64,000 nucleotides of DNA, taken from NCBI GenBank assembly GCA_951406725.2, contig OX597836.1, forward strand, positions 14,012,001-14,076,000, in the 5' to 3' direction. Within the stretch, counting starts at the first letter, position 1. Each line of letters opens with the position of its first letter. Below are positions 23,409 to 37,310 of this stretch, piece by piece. The notes beneath the pieces were generated by a model. It was not told the origin of the DNA, did not search any database, and saw only the letters and a program-made list of their open reading frames with translations. The position numbers and the translations under genes were made by a program. This stretch comes from Octopus vulgaris. Taxonomy: Eukaryota.

Positions 23409-24217
23409 GATGCACCTGTATATATGTGTGTGCATATGTTTATCTATGTGTATGTATACATACATATGTATGCACAATGTGTCTATACATATATATGCAT
23501 ACACACACTCATATACATACATAATTATTTATACACATACATACACACCCATACACAACATTTGCACATTTTTTATATCCGGATTTGGTTTTGTTTTGTT
23601 TTTTTTGTTTTTATTTTCTTCCCCCATTCCAGCACAGGTTAGATGTATATATACAACTGGAAAATTGCTTTACACTTGGATGTCCTTCCTATCAGAAGCA
23701 CCATCTTAAGAGCAAAGGATCTCTTATTTCTCACGTTTTTGAAGACACAAACTGAACAGATGAATTGTTAAAAAGAATGAATGAACAAGCAAAACGTGGT
23801 ATCACTTTAGAGCATATAATATATGTATATATATATGTGTGTGTGTGTGTGTGTATGTATATATGTATATAAAGAACACACACACATTTATATATATTAT
23901 GTAGTTTGCATTTGAGACATAAAAACAAAAATGAAACCATTTACCTGTACAATGGAATAACGAAGTAATCAAATGATACGCTATTTTCATACAATATTCA
24001 ACAGATTGTATTGTTCAACACAAAAGACACCTTCAATCTAAAAGAAGCAGAAGGCTCACTCTCTCTCTATATATATATGTGTTTGTATAGATCAATATTG
24101 ATCCTGATTGTACCTCAATTATTACACAATGATTAGTCAAGATGTAACAGCAGGTACATACCAAAGAGGTTAGTTCATGTTACGTCCGAAAAGTAAAATT
24201 CTTTTTAAGTGACTCAC

Positions 24218-24261
24218 AAGTCCGAGTAGGAAGGGTAGCATCACTGATGCTTTTGGAACTT
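24218..24261 (-). CDS. PIK3R1: Probable exon upstream of C1 (SSKSISDATLPTRT(W))
   Basis: Long polypyrimidine tract ending ctcag and a T|gtgagt donor; 44 nt, phase 2-1. Joins the 19481 exon in frame. There is no domain homology to confirm it. Confidence 0.65.
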
Positions 24262-25229
24262 CTGAGATGGATGAAGGCAAAACAAGAAAGAAATCACAAT
24301 TCGTTCGTATGCTCTCCTCAGGCAGGACACTTGTTCTGAATGCTTATAACAGAAAGGAACCGACAAATGGCACCTGCAGTTCTTGTCATTTAGCCCCATG
24401 TCTATTGTGACTAAGCAGACCTTTTAATCCAGGATGTTATAGCCCTATTTATGCTGTCATTCTCCTTTTTTTTTTTTCACATGCATAATATATATAAGAT
24501 GACATATCTAATATGTCTTACCATCTTAAGACAGTGGGGAGTGGTTTGAGAGATTTGGCTATCATTTCTTACATAAAGTAACCATATAGGGTGAACCCTT
24601 GTTAATAGTGAAGGTGCCAATTTGTAGTTTACACTTCTTTTGATACCAGCCCACTTAGGGGCACCCCTGTTCTATGAAACAAACTTCCTGTTTTAAGTTG
24701 ATCTAAATTAAAACCTGTGAAAGTTTTTTTGTTAAATTCTATCTCAGACACCATCTTAATTATAATGACAAATTTATTTTAATAAATTCTTTATTATCTT
24801 TAAAATTAATTGAAAAAAAGGCAATGTTTTTCAACAGAATTATGGAAATAAAAGGGTTAAATATTGTAAATCAGTCTGGGTGTTGTGACTCGCCTGAGAC
24901 TGCCACCTGGTTCTATGATGCAAAGATCTAATTTTAATGTGATCTAGATTTAAATCTTCCACCACATAAAAAGCACTCAGTACACTGTAAAATGGTTGGC
25001 ATTAGGAAGGGCACCCAACCATAGAAACCTTGCTATAACAGGCAATGGAGACCGGAGCAGCTCCTGTTGAACCATTCGACCCATGCCAGCATAGGAGATG
25101 GACGTTGAATGATGATGATTCCAAACAACAGCTTAATAATTGACAAAGTTATTTTACTAAATTCTTAATTATTTTCAAAACTAATTAAAACTAAGGTAAT
25201 ATACTAAGTTTTAAAAAACTAAGGTAATT

Positions 25230-25620
25230 GGCGCAGGAATGGCTGTGTGGTAAGTAGCTTGCTTACCAACCACATGGTTCCGGTTTCAGTCCCACTGCGT
25301 GGCACCTTGGGTGAGTGTCTTCTACTATAGCCTCGGGCCAACCAAAGCCTTGTGAGTGGATTTGGTAGACGGAAACTGAAAGAAGCCCGTTGTATTTTTG
25401 TATATATATATATATATATATGGGTGGGTGTTTGTCCCCTCAACATCGCTTGACAACTGATGCTGGTGTGTTTACATCCCCATAACTTAGTGGTTCGGCA
25501 AAAGAGAGTGATAGAATAAGTACTAGGCTTCCAAAGAATAAGTCCTGGGGTTGATTTGCTCTACTAAAGGCGGTGCTCCAGCACGGCCGCAGTCAAATGA
25601 CTGAAACAAGTAAAAGAGTA
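25230..25620 (+). mobile_element. Full-length SINE family A
   Basis: Same head, body and tail as 19884-20276. Confidence 0.9.
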
Positions 25621-26271
25621 TACTCCAACAAAAATACAGTAACAAAACGGTTAAACCAAACCAATTAAATCAACCAGCCAAGAATAAAATACATCTTACA
25701 GGCTTCCATATAGTTTCCTTTGACCCAATTTCACCCAACATATCTAAAGTCAACCCATGACTATGATAGATAAAACTTACCTAAGATGATACTACACACC
25801 AGGATTGAACCTAGCATCACATGATTACTGAGCAATTTTTTTAAAACCTTACATCCATGCCTGCACCCAATGTTAGACCACGTTAACTCGCCAGTGTTAC
25901 TCTGATACAGAATTGAGGGCACCAGATTATCAGTCCAACATCTGCGTTTCAATACTGTCATTGTTTGTATGTGGGTCATGCATGCCATGTCTATTGCTAT
26001 GCGTCTCAACTAATTGTAACCTTGTCAGCAAGGTATACAAGCAACAAGCAACTCAGACACAAAACACTACATACCACACTGAGACCAACACTTATCTGGT
26101 TTCATTTCTTCTTTATTTCTTTGTCTCAAGTACAGGCAAAACTCAGTGAGTCATAAGTGTACTGACTCTCAGAGACTCAAAAGCCTTGAGGGTTTTTACA
26201 TCTCAGCACTATTAGTACTCTACTAAGCCTTGATTCTCAAGAGCCCTGTCCACTAAACTATTAACAGATAT

Positions 26272-26680
26272 ATTCTCTTTTACTCTTTTACTTGTTTCAG
26301 TCATGTGACTGTGGCCATGCTGGAGCACCGCCTTTAGTCAAGCAAATTGACCTCAAGACTTATTTTTGTAAGCCTAGTACTTATTCTATCAGTCTCTTTT
26401 GCTGAACAGCTAAGTTACGGGGACACAAACACACCAGCATCGGTTGTCAAGCTATGTTGGGGGGGACAAACACAGACACGCAAACATATACATATATATA
26501 TATATATACATATATATGACGGGCTTCTTTCAGTGTCCGTCAACCAAATCCACTCACAAGGGTTTGTACGGCCTGAGGCTATAGTAGACGACACTTGCCC
26601 AAGGTGCCACACAGTAGGACTGAACCCGGAACCATGTGGTTAGTAAGCAAGCTACTTACCACACAGCCACTCCTGCGCCT
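26272..26680 (-). mobile_element. Full-length SINE family A
   Basis: Reverse complement of the family A sequence; inverted relative to 25230-25620. Confidence 0.9.
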
Positions 26681-28473
26681 GGTCACAAAGAGTTGTTTCC
26701 AAAACCAAAATGAAGCACTACTCGGTCAAGTGGTTAAAGTAGAACTTCTCAAACATTTTCTTCCAGTATACCCTTTTATAATGTTCAGCTGTGTCGGTGT
26801 ACCCATGTGAAGAACACAGACTAAAATAGTGGGAAACTATAGAACAGACTATAGATATGTCATTAATTCAACAGTTCAAATCCTGCTGTGGTCAAGTTTG
26901 TCTTTTATATTACTGACATCAGAATAATAAAGTATTGGTCAAGTACTTGATATAATAAACTGTTTCTTTTACAAAACTTCTGGCCTTGTGCCCACATTAG
27001 AAATTAACTTTGTTCTATTTTTCAATGAGGCGAGCTGGCAGAAACGTTAGCACACCAGGTGAAATGCGTAGCCGTATTTCGTCTGTCGTTACATTCTGAG
27101 TTCAAATTCTGCCGAGGTCGACTTTGCCTTTCATCCTTTCGGGGTCGATAAATTAAGTACCAGTAATGCACTGGGGTCAATGTAATCGACTTAATCTGTT
27201 TGTCTGTCCTTGTTTGTCCCCTCTGTGTTTAACCCCTTGTGGGCAGTAAAGTAATATATATTTTTCAATGAGATACATGAATGAGCTAAGCCCTTTTTAA
27301 CAAGTAACTCAATTCAAGGAACAGATTCAGAGAGGTACACACATGAACTTGGTTTAGGTAATAAGCCTTGCCGAAAATCCTGGTTCACAACGACAAATGA
27401 ATGGGAACAGCAAAAGGATTGCCATGCACATTTTAGACAAACAAATTGTTTTTACTTGGTTGTGGTCACTTCAAAATGCCAGTGCTTTCACAAACCTCGT
27501 GTAACCCAACAATTTTCCTTATGTACCTCTAGAGGTATGTGTGCCCCAGTTAGTGAACCCCATGGGTTAAAATTTAAAAAACTACCAGTTACCTACACCC
27601 CGCTCTGTTGATGACCAATATACTTATCAGTCAAGAGGCCAATCAATGATTATGAATCATACAATGATATACAGCTCACCGCTGTATGAGACAGCAAACT
27701 CTCTGAACCTGTCAAGTGTTTCACAGCTTGCTGAGCTGACTTGAAGGTATGCTGTGGGTTTGGTCCATCATAAAAACTGACAAGTTTTACATAGTTTGTA
27801 ATGTTGAATTTAGGACAGCAGTTTATGATTCATTTACGGTACATGATCATGTCCTCCAAACATAATGGTACAACATCGTAAAAACAGACAAGTGTTTCAC
27901 AGCTCCAAGGCCACATTCGGAAGGCTAAAGTCATTGTAAAGACATTAATAATGTAAGAATAATTCTAGTTCTAGCATGACCACCACAGAGGAGTTCCAGA
28001 GTAGGAACATATAGAGTTCAAAATTGTATTTCCCCCACCACCACCACCCAAAAAAAAAAGACAGAGACAGGTGAGGGAATAACAATCAAGATGTATTCGT
28101 TTGATGCCCAGAGAAAAAGGAAGAGTCTTGGCCAAGGAAGAAAATTACGTTGCCTGGAAACAGGTAAGAATTAGTGACAGGAAGAGCATCCAGCTGTAGA
28201 AAACCTGCCTCAATGAATTTCATCTGATTCATACCGGCAGGGAAAAAAAAAACTTTATAATTATTATCGATGACAATGATGATTGATGATTGATGATAAT
28301 GATGATTGATTGATGATTATGATTGATGGTGATTGATGATGCTGATTGATGGTGATTGATGATGCTGATGATTGATTGATGCTGATGCTGATTGATGATG
28401 ATAATGATTGGTGATGCTGATTGATGATGAGGAGGGGGAGGAGGCTACTGATGATGAAAATGCAAACACAAAT

Positions 28474-28511
<38 letters not shown>

Positions 28512-29444
28512 GGGATGGAGAGAGAGAGAGAGCCAAACATGTCTTCTGCTAGCAGAGTCTGTTTGTTGTCCAGATCCGACTAAACTATAACCACAGAACA
28601 GAACGGTTTCGAATGACGGCTCTGGGAGTAACATTTCCATTTCTACCACTGACCCGAACAGGCTTGCATGGGAGATATAAATAAATACATATTAAGGTTT
28701 GTACAATTCTACTCATGTTAATTGACACCCTTTTGTATAACACCCACCTAGATACACATATACACCAAGCTCTATCTATATGTAAGACAGGATGTGTCAC
28801 AATGAATTTGTTAATCTTTGTGTCAAATTTAAAGTACTTTGTGGTGGTGGGGGGGGATGAGTGGTGGGGATGAGTGGTGGGGGTGAGTGGTGGTTGTGGT
28901 GGTGAGGGTTATAGTCATATATGGTTGCTGGTACTCTTCTAGTAATATGCAGTGGCAACCAATTAAATAAATATTACCAACGAGAACAATAACGAGGTGC
29001 ATCTCACAAGAAATTAATGATTAATTTTGATGTGATGACTTTTGTGAAACTGTGTGTGTGTGAGAGAAAGTGCGTGTGTGTGTGTGTGTGTATGTGTGTG
29101 TGAGAGAAAGTGCGTGCGTGTGCGTGTATGTGTGTGTTTGTGTGTATGTGTGTATGCGTGTACATGCATGCGCATGTATCTGCAAGAGAGATTGTGTGTG
29201 ACAGCGAGAGAGAGAAGGGAAGAGAGGGGGAAAGAGAAAAAGAATGTGATATTTGTGTGAGAAAGACAGATAGTGTGTGATTGTATGTGTGTGTGTGTGT
29301 GTCATTGTGTGTGATTGCATGACTGCGTATGAGTGCAAGTGTGTGTATGTGATTGTACATGTGTACAGTTGCCCTTGGTTTACCCAGTGAATTGCTTTTA
29401 TGATTTCTAGTTCCCTTACTTTACCAAATCTCAAGGGACGACGC

Positions 29445-29477
<33 letters not shown>

Positions 29478-29509
29478 CATATATATATATACACACACAC
29501 ACACACACG

Positions 29510-29548
<39 letters not shown>

Positions 29549-29960
29549 GTATATATATATATATATATATATACATATATACGACAGGCTTCTTTCAGTT
29601 TCCATCTACCAAATCCACTCACAAGGCTTTGGTCGGCCCGAGGCTATAGTAGAAGACACTTGCCCAAGGTGCCACACAGGAACCATGTGGTTGGTTAGCA
29701 AGCTACTTACCACACAGCCACTCCTATAATCCTTTGTACTATAGGAACAAGGCTTGAAATTGTGGGAGAAAGGGGGACAGTCAATATACATTGATCTCAG
29801 TACATAACTGGTACTTATTTCATCGACTCCAAAAGGAATAAAAGGCAAAGCTGACCTAGGCAGAATTTGATCTCAGAACAGAGCAATGGGCGAAATACTG
29901 CTACGCATTTCGTCCAACATGCTAACGATTCTGCCAACTTGCCACCTTAAATAATAATAA

Positions 29961-29991
<31 letters not shown>

Positions 29992-30803
29992 AATAAAAAT
30001 AATGGTGGTTTCAAAATTTGCCACAAGGGCAATCATTTTGGGGGAGAGGATGAGTCAATTATGTCAACCCCAGTGTTTCACTGGTACTTAATTTATCGAC
30101 CCCTTTGATTCCTGTTTTACTCAGATGGACTCCTATAGCCATTTGAAGTTTTGATAAAATCCCATTATATTCTTATAATTAAATCTTATAAGGAATTGCA
30201 CAAAAATATGGTACAATGCTTTGAGTATTGTAGAAATATAATTTATTGCAGATAAATTTTAACAAAATCATATACGGATATCCCATCCCCCACATTAGGG
30301 GCCATATGGGCCCCAGTTGAGAACCACAGCACTAAAAGGATGAAAGCAAAGTTGCCCTCGGCAGTTGACTCAGACCACAAAGCTGAAGGAACACAGCAAA
30401 GCATTTCACAATGGTTTCTTTTATTGGCCCACAAGGGGTCCAAGACACTGAGGACAATATGAATAATAAGGACTGGGGGGGGGCATGGGAGGTGGGGAAT
30501 AATAATGGTGATGATGAGGAGGAAGAGGATGCCGACTGGGTCTTCCTTAGTCACCAACATTAGCCAATGACATCTCTTCTCGGTGACTTCACTGACACAT
30601 GTTTCACATCAGAAATGACCGGGGAGTGTGGTGGGGGTTAGGGTGACAGTGGGGGGGGACAGTCAGGAAGCTGGTCAGCCAAGGAAACACTTAACAGGTC
30701 CTTCATAGTAATTGAGTGTGTGTGTGTGTGTACACACGCCTCACTATGTATGTATGTATGTACAATAATAGGTGACTAAGTATTTATGCACATGTGTATA
30801 AAC

Positions 30804-30834
<31 letters not shown>

Positions 30835-31224
30835 AAGAGGGAGAACGAAGAGATGTATAACAAGAAGGGTGCAGGGGCAGACATCTGGTCCTCTCCTACA
30901 CCCCACACAGCCTCCCAACCACTGAAAGTGTGAAGGGGACATTAAATTTCTTGTTAATTAAGGTGAGAGGTCAGTAAAAGTGGAGTTTGCTCCCTAAAAA
31001 CACTGAGAGCCCCTGGGGGAGATAATACACACACAGATTGATTAAGGCCTATCATTTCCAATCACAAGGCATGGGTCATCCTGTCCAGGGTAAAACAGAA
31101 GATATTTTGCACATGTGGCACAGAAAAATGGAATTGAAACCATGTGGTTACGAAGTGAAACTTTGTTACTGCACAACTACAACTGGGGGTTAACATGTGC
31201 CCCCCTTAGTGGTTGCAAGTATTA

Positions 31225-31803
31225 AAATAAGACTGCACCTTAAAAGTTCCCCTCCCAGGCACAAATGCAGGCAAGGTTGTTTATCATCATCATCATTGTT
31301 CGACCGTGGTCGAGACAATGGAATTTACCATGCTACGCCAGACTTCACGGTCCATCATGGCATTACGGAGGTCCTGTTGCTGGATGCCTGTATCCCTGGA
31401 GATTACATCAGGGTAGGAGAGTGTGCGCCCTCTGGTATTGCGAGTAGATGGCTTCCAGAAGAGAAGAGTAGAAATTACCTCTTTTTCAGCTCTACAACAA
31501 TGTCCAGCAAACTGGACTCTCCTACCTTTCACAAGAGATGACACAGGTTGTTTATGGAAGACCAGCAAACACCCAAGCATACCAGCCTTCCCTCTTCATG
31601 CCACCAATGTTATCCAAGGGAAAGGCAAAGGCCGATACAGCTTGGCACCAGTGATGCCGCAGCTCAATTCTACTGCTAAGTAAACTGGAGCAACACAAAA
31701 TAAAGTGTCTTGCTCAAGAACACACAGCCTGAGCCAGGAATCGAACTCACTACCTCATGACTGTGAGCCCAACACACTAACCACTGAGCCATGTGCCTTC
31801 ACA
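31225..31803 (-). mobile_element. tRNA-derived SINE (D-related subfamily) with 15-bp TSD, interrupted by a LINE
   Basis: TSD tggttgcaagtatta (31210-31224) / tggttgcaaatatta (31804-31818). Related to 42560-42885 and 16850-17085. Confidence 0.75.
31285..31544 (-). mobile_element. 5'-truncated non-LTR retrotransposon (RTE/RTEX-like C-terminus) with (TGA)n tail and 11-bp TSD
   Basis: Translates SSLVKGRRVQFAGHCCRAEKEVISTLLFWKPS...AMMDREVWRSMV. TSD aggttgtttat at 31274-31284 and 31545-31555. Confidence 0.85.
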
Positions 31804-32404
31804 TGGTTGCAAATATTACAAGGGAGATAATCATTATCATTTACTTTTTATTGACAGTCACTGGATTGCAGCCCAGCTGGGGCACCAACATGGAGCATTC
31901 GGTTGAACAAATAACTCCCAGTTCTTAGGTTTCAAATCTGGTACTTATTCTAATTATATCAGTCTCTTTTGCTGAATTGCGAAGTTACAAGGGGACATGT
32001 ACAAACCAACACCAGTTGCCAAGCAATGGAAAACAAATACACACACACATACACACAATAGGTTTCCACATCGTTGTCAACTACCAAAATTCACACACAA
32101 GGTATTCGTCAATCTGGAGCAATAATAGAAGACACTTTCTCAAGGTGCTGCACTGTGGGACTGAACCAAAAACCATGTGGTTACAAAGCAAGGTTCTTAA
32201 CCACACAGGCATGCTTGTGTCATGTTTTGTCTTCTTTTGTTTACAGTAAGTTGTATTGCAGAGTGTGTATATTCAGGTATGAGTGGAAGAATTTGTAGTG
32301 TTAGTGTATAGGAGGAGGTAGTTCTGTCAATTGTACTGGAATAGAGGTCTTTGAGAGTAAGTCTAGATTCCTTTGTTGTTTCACATGAGATATTGGACAT
32401 ACTC

Positions 32405-32408
<4 letters not shown>

Positions 32409-32443
<35 letters not shown>

Positions 32444-32830
32444 CAAGAAGAGAGAGGGGGGCAAGCAGAGAGAGAGGGAGGCAAGCAGAGAGAGAGAGAG
32501 AGAGGGAGGCAAGCAGAGAGAGAGAGAGAGAGAGAGGGAGGCAAGCAGAGAGATAGGGGTAAGCAGAGAGGGGGGCAAGCAGAGAGAGAGGGGCAAGCAG
32601 AGAGGGGGGCAAGCAGAGAGAGAGAGAGAGGCAAGCAGAGAGGGGGGGGGCAAGCAGAGAGAGGGAGGCAAGCAGAGAAAGAGGGGGGGGCAAGCAGAGA
32701 GAGAGAGAGATAGAGGCTAGCATAGAGAGAGAGAGGCAAGCAGATAGAGATGAACAAGCAGAGAGAGAGAGGGAGGGGGCAAGCAGAGAGACTGAGATCA
32801 GCAAGAAGAGAGAGAGAGATAGGGAAACTG
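32409..32830. repeat. Purine-rich minisatellite GGCAAGCA(GA)n
   Basis: Seen directly. Confidence 0.9.
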
Positions 32831-34627
32831 AATGAAAGAAAGAGAATGGCAAACAGAGAGAGAAGCTGAAAAAAAGGAAGTGGGAGAGAGAGTACAACAG
32901 TCAGAGAGAGAGAGAGAGAGACAGGGAAAGAGGAAGAGGGAGAGAGAGCAAGCTGCGAGAGAAAGACAGAGAGAATGTTTGGCAAGTTGAGAGAGAGAGA
33001 GAGAGACAGAGAAGTGAGTGAGAGTTGTAAGGTAGAAGTGGGGAAAGTGGGAGGTAAAAAAAGGAAAAGTCAAGAGAGAGAGAGTAGAAAGAGAGTAAGA
33101 AAGAGGGGATGGATGGAAGTAGGGGTGGAGGGGAACGAGTACTGCATTTGAGAAGAAAAAAAACATAAACAACAAAAAAAAAAAAAAAAGATATAACACG
33201 TGTGGGTCTCCTCTCCCTCCCCCCCCCCAACAGCTGAATGCAAAATAATAAAAGTAAGCAAGGAGTGATTCGATGATGTCTGATGTCGGAGCTATTTGAC
33301 TGCTTCCAGCCAAATGTTATAAAGGCACCATGACACAGAAACCCACATTCTCTCTCTCTCTCTCTCTTTATCACATTCCCTCTCTCTCATACACACGCAC
33401 TGCATAATATACATACATATATATATATACATTAAGTTTCCAGTCAATAAAGAGGGAGAGAGAGAGAGAGCGGAGACAGAGAAATACGCGTGTACTTTTG
33501 TACGTAAAAGTACTTAAATCTGACAAATGGGACACCACAGCGAATAAAGAAAGTAGTGGTGGTGGTGATGATATGCAACTGTCAGATATTCGTGTGCATG
33601 TGTATTCCTTTATTACACATGTGTGTGTTTAGTCATGCATGACTGTGTGATTAGTTATGCATATCTATAAGCATCTATGGTGTTCTTGTTTAGTTCCAAG
33701 GCCTCCCAGATAGAGGAAATTTTACAATCTCTTATTCAGACACAGTAGTGTCTAGAACTATGCAATACCCAATGTCTCCTGGAGGGGGAGAGATTGCTAT
33801 TATTTCTAGCTGGTTGAGTGACCACAGAGGTTTCTTCACACCCCTTTCACATTCTTGTGAACATAGCTACCCACCTAGCCATTCTTGATTCTCTGCCCCT
33901 ATTCTCTCTCTCTTTCTCTCTCCATGCTATTACTTCTTGATAATGATCACAGAGGTTTCTTTACACCCGCTTCACACTCTTGTGAGCCTAGCTACCCAGC
34001 TAGCCATCCTTGATTCACAACCCCTACTCTCTCTCTCTCTCTCTGCTCACCACCTTCTTGTACCTTGAGGATAAGCCCTGATAATTCATCTCCACTATCT
34101 TTCCTCCCATTCCTGCTGGGGGTATCCATATATCTCCTCCACAGCAGGACACTCGTTCCTGGCCCTCCTTTCCACGGCACAAAGCCAACTCACTGCATCC
34201 TCAGTCTCTCTAGGGGTCTTGTGCTGCCAGTTAGAAGTTAGTTAGCGACCTCACTAGAGCTGGTACCATGAGAGAAAAAAAAGCACCCAGTACATTCGGT
34301 GAAGTGGTTGACATTAGTAAGAGCATCCAACTGTAGAACTTGCCAAAGCAAACACTGAAGCTCAATGTTTGTACGTTTAGTCATGCGTATCTACAAGTGT
34401 GTGCTTGCTTGTATGTTTGTTGATGTTGTTTAGACCCAGACCATCTTTGGAGCATTGCCTTTAGTTGAGCAAATCAACCCCAGGACTTATTCTTTGTAAG
34501 CCTAGTACTTATTCTATCGGTCTCTTTTGCCAAACTGCTAAATTACAGGGATGTAAACACACCAGCATCGGTTGTCAAGCGATGATGGGGGGACAAACAC
34601 AGACACACAAACATATACACACACATA

Positions 34628-34802
34628 CTAGCTCCTGCACGCATTTTTTTTTCTCCTTGTTTCTTTTCTGTGTATCTTTCTGTCGAAGAGCGTAGGCTCG
34701 AAATGTAAAAGACTTTTTCTATTCCTGAGCGCTATACTAATACATTTGTTTGTTTGTACTCCACCTGCCTTCGTCTTTTGTTTATTTTCGTAAACCTTCC
34801 CG

Positions 34803-34804
<2 letters not shown>
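34628..34804 (+). mobile_element. Penelope-like terminal fragment with a variant minimal hammerhead (34675-34712), nested in the microsatellite of a family A SINE
   Basis: TCTTT-CTGTCGA-A-GAGC gtag GCTC-GAAA-TG-TA-AAAGA, followed by (TA)n. SINE A halves lie at ~34450-34627 and ~34860-34990. Confidence 0.6.
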
Positions 34805-34849
<45 letters not shown>

Positions 34850-35545
34850 CATACATATATACGACAGGCTTCTTTCAGTTTCCGTCTACCAAATCCACTC
34901 ACAAGGCTTTGGTCGGCCTGAGGATATAGAAGAAGACACTTGCCCAAGGTGCCATGTAATGGGACTGAACCCGGAACCATGTGGTTCAGTCAGTTATTCT
35001 GTCTATAGACCACAACGCCTGAAATTTTGAGAGAGGCAGGGAGGGAGGAAAAACTATTACACTGATTCCAGTGCTTAACTGGTACTCATTTCATCAACCC
35101 TGAAAGGATGAGAGACAAAGATACCTTCAACAAACTTCTGAGCTCAAATCATAAAAGCAGACAAGATGTCGCAATGCATTTGGTCCTGCATGCTACCAAT
35201 TCTTCCATCTCACCGCCTTAACACCAGTTCATAATGATGACAAAGTTTGTTTTCTAAATTCTTCATTATTTTTCAGAATTAAGTGAAACAAATGCAGTGA
35301 GCTTTCAACAGAAATACAGTAAGAAAAGGCTTAAACATGGACACACAGACACACTAACACTTCTATACAAACACAGTAAGAACATTGACAAACACAAACA
35401 AAGAACTACATACAAGTAAGCAAATACAAAAGGAACATGTATTAAAAACACACACACACACACACAAATCATACAAACATGTATCCCCACATGTACACAA
35501 AGACATACACCAAACCTTAAACCCACTGCCCTTCCCATAACAACC

Positions 35546-35546
35546 A

Positions 35547-35590
<44 letters not shown>

Positions 35591-35637
35591 CACATACACA
35601 CACACGCATGTGTATATATCTCTATGCATGTAAATAT

Positions 35638-35678
<41 letters not shown>

Positions 35679-35985
35679 ACATATGTATGTGCATGTACAT
35701 ATATGCATGTATAGACATATATATGTACATGTATATATATATACATATAGATGTATATATATATATATGTACATGTATATATATATACATGTATATATAT
35801 ATACATGTATATATATACATATAGATGTATATATATACATGTATATATATACATATAGATGTATATATATACATGTATATATATACATATAGATGTATAT
35901 ATATATATATATATATACATATAGATGTATATATATATATATATATATACATATAGATGTATATATATATATATATATACATATA

Positions 35986-36047
<62 letters not shown>

Positions 36048-36050
36048 CAT
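35546..36050. repeat. (TA)n-based compound micro/minisatellite (CATATAGATG(TA)n units)
   Basis: Seen directly. Confidence 0.95.
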
Positions 36051-36676
36051 GTAAATATATAAATTGTGTTAACAGTTAACAGACATGCCTAAGTACGCAA
36101 TTACTTCAAGCAATCTCCATCCCTCACAACCTTCTCACCCTCCATCTGGCTAAAAAACTAAACAGGAAAATAGAAAAAAAAAGGAGAGAAAAAAAAAAGA
36201 GAGAAAAAAAAACTCCACAACCTAAGACGCTGTTTGGCTGCAGGCCAAATGTGCAATCACAGCACGCTCGCACCACTCACCTAACCTCCGCAACCAACAT
36301 CACCCCCACCACTCCAACAACACTTAACACTGCTGCACATCTCCTTACACTTGTTGTGATGGCAACAGTTTTTTTTTGTTTTTTTTTTACAATTGTGGTT
36401 CAGCATTTGAAACAACTGCACCTTGCAGACAGTAACAGCTACCACCACCACCACCAGCAGCAGCAGCAGCAGCAACTTTGTTCTTCACCTTACAGTCAGG
36501 AAGGAAAGAAGGTAGGAAGGAAGGAAGGAAGATAGGTGACTTGCCTTGTCACTGATATTGCCACACCTGAGAAAGGCCCACCATCGGAAGTTCAGGTGTT
36601 ACAAGAGTTTCTTAAGAAATTGCAAGACCTACACAGAAGAAGCTTTTGCGTTTTACATATTCATGCTCATACCATT

Positions 36677-37310
36677 ATCTATTTCTTTACTACCCACAAG
36701 GGGCTAAGCCCAGAGGGGACAAACAAGGAAAGACAAACGGATTAAGTTGATTACATCGACCCCAGTGCGTAATTGGTACTTAATTTATCAACCTCAAAAG
36801 GATGAAAGGCAAAGTCGACCTCGGCGGAATTTGAACTCAGAACATAACGGCAGACGAAATACCACTAAGCACATTGCACGGCCTGCTAACGATTCTGCCA
36901 GCTCACCACCAGGAAAGACAAACGGATTAAGTCGATTACATTGACCCCAGTGCGTAATTGGTACTTAATTTATTGACCCCGAAAGGATGAAAGGCAAAGT
37001 CGACCACAGTGGAATTTGAACTCAGAACATAACAGTAGACGAAATACCACTAAGCACTTCGTCCGGCATGTTAACGTTTCTTATTTCTTTACTACCTGCA
37101 AGGGGCTAAACATAGAGGGGACGAACAAGGACAGACAAAGAGATTAAGTCAATTACATCGACCCCAGTGCGTAACTGTTACTTAATTTATCGACCCCGAA
37201 AGGATGAAAGGCAAGTCGACCTCGGCAGAATTTGAACTCAGAACGTAACGGCAGACGAAATACGACTAAGCACTTTGCATGGCCTGCTAACGATTCTGCC
37301 AGCTCACCAC
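36677..37310 (-). mobile_element. SINE family B trimer
   Basis: Three consecutive cores. An inverted degenerate copy follows at ~37385-37520. Confidence 0.85.

Noticed and set aside
28540-28650. Possible upstream exon (SDLDNKQTLLAED, phase 2 end) or ORF MEMLLPEPSF...
   Set aside because: Weak gtttgg donor and no homology; cannot be distinguished from chance.
32197-32985. 262-aa Leu/Ser/Cys ORF and the complementary RE-rich ORFs
   Set aside because: Translation of the GA-rich minisatellite.
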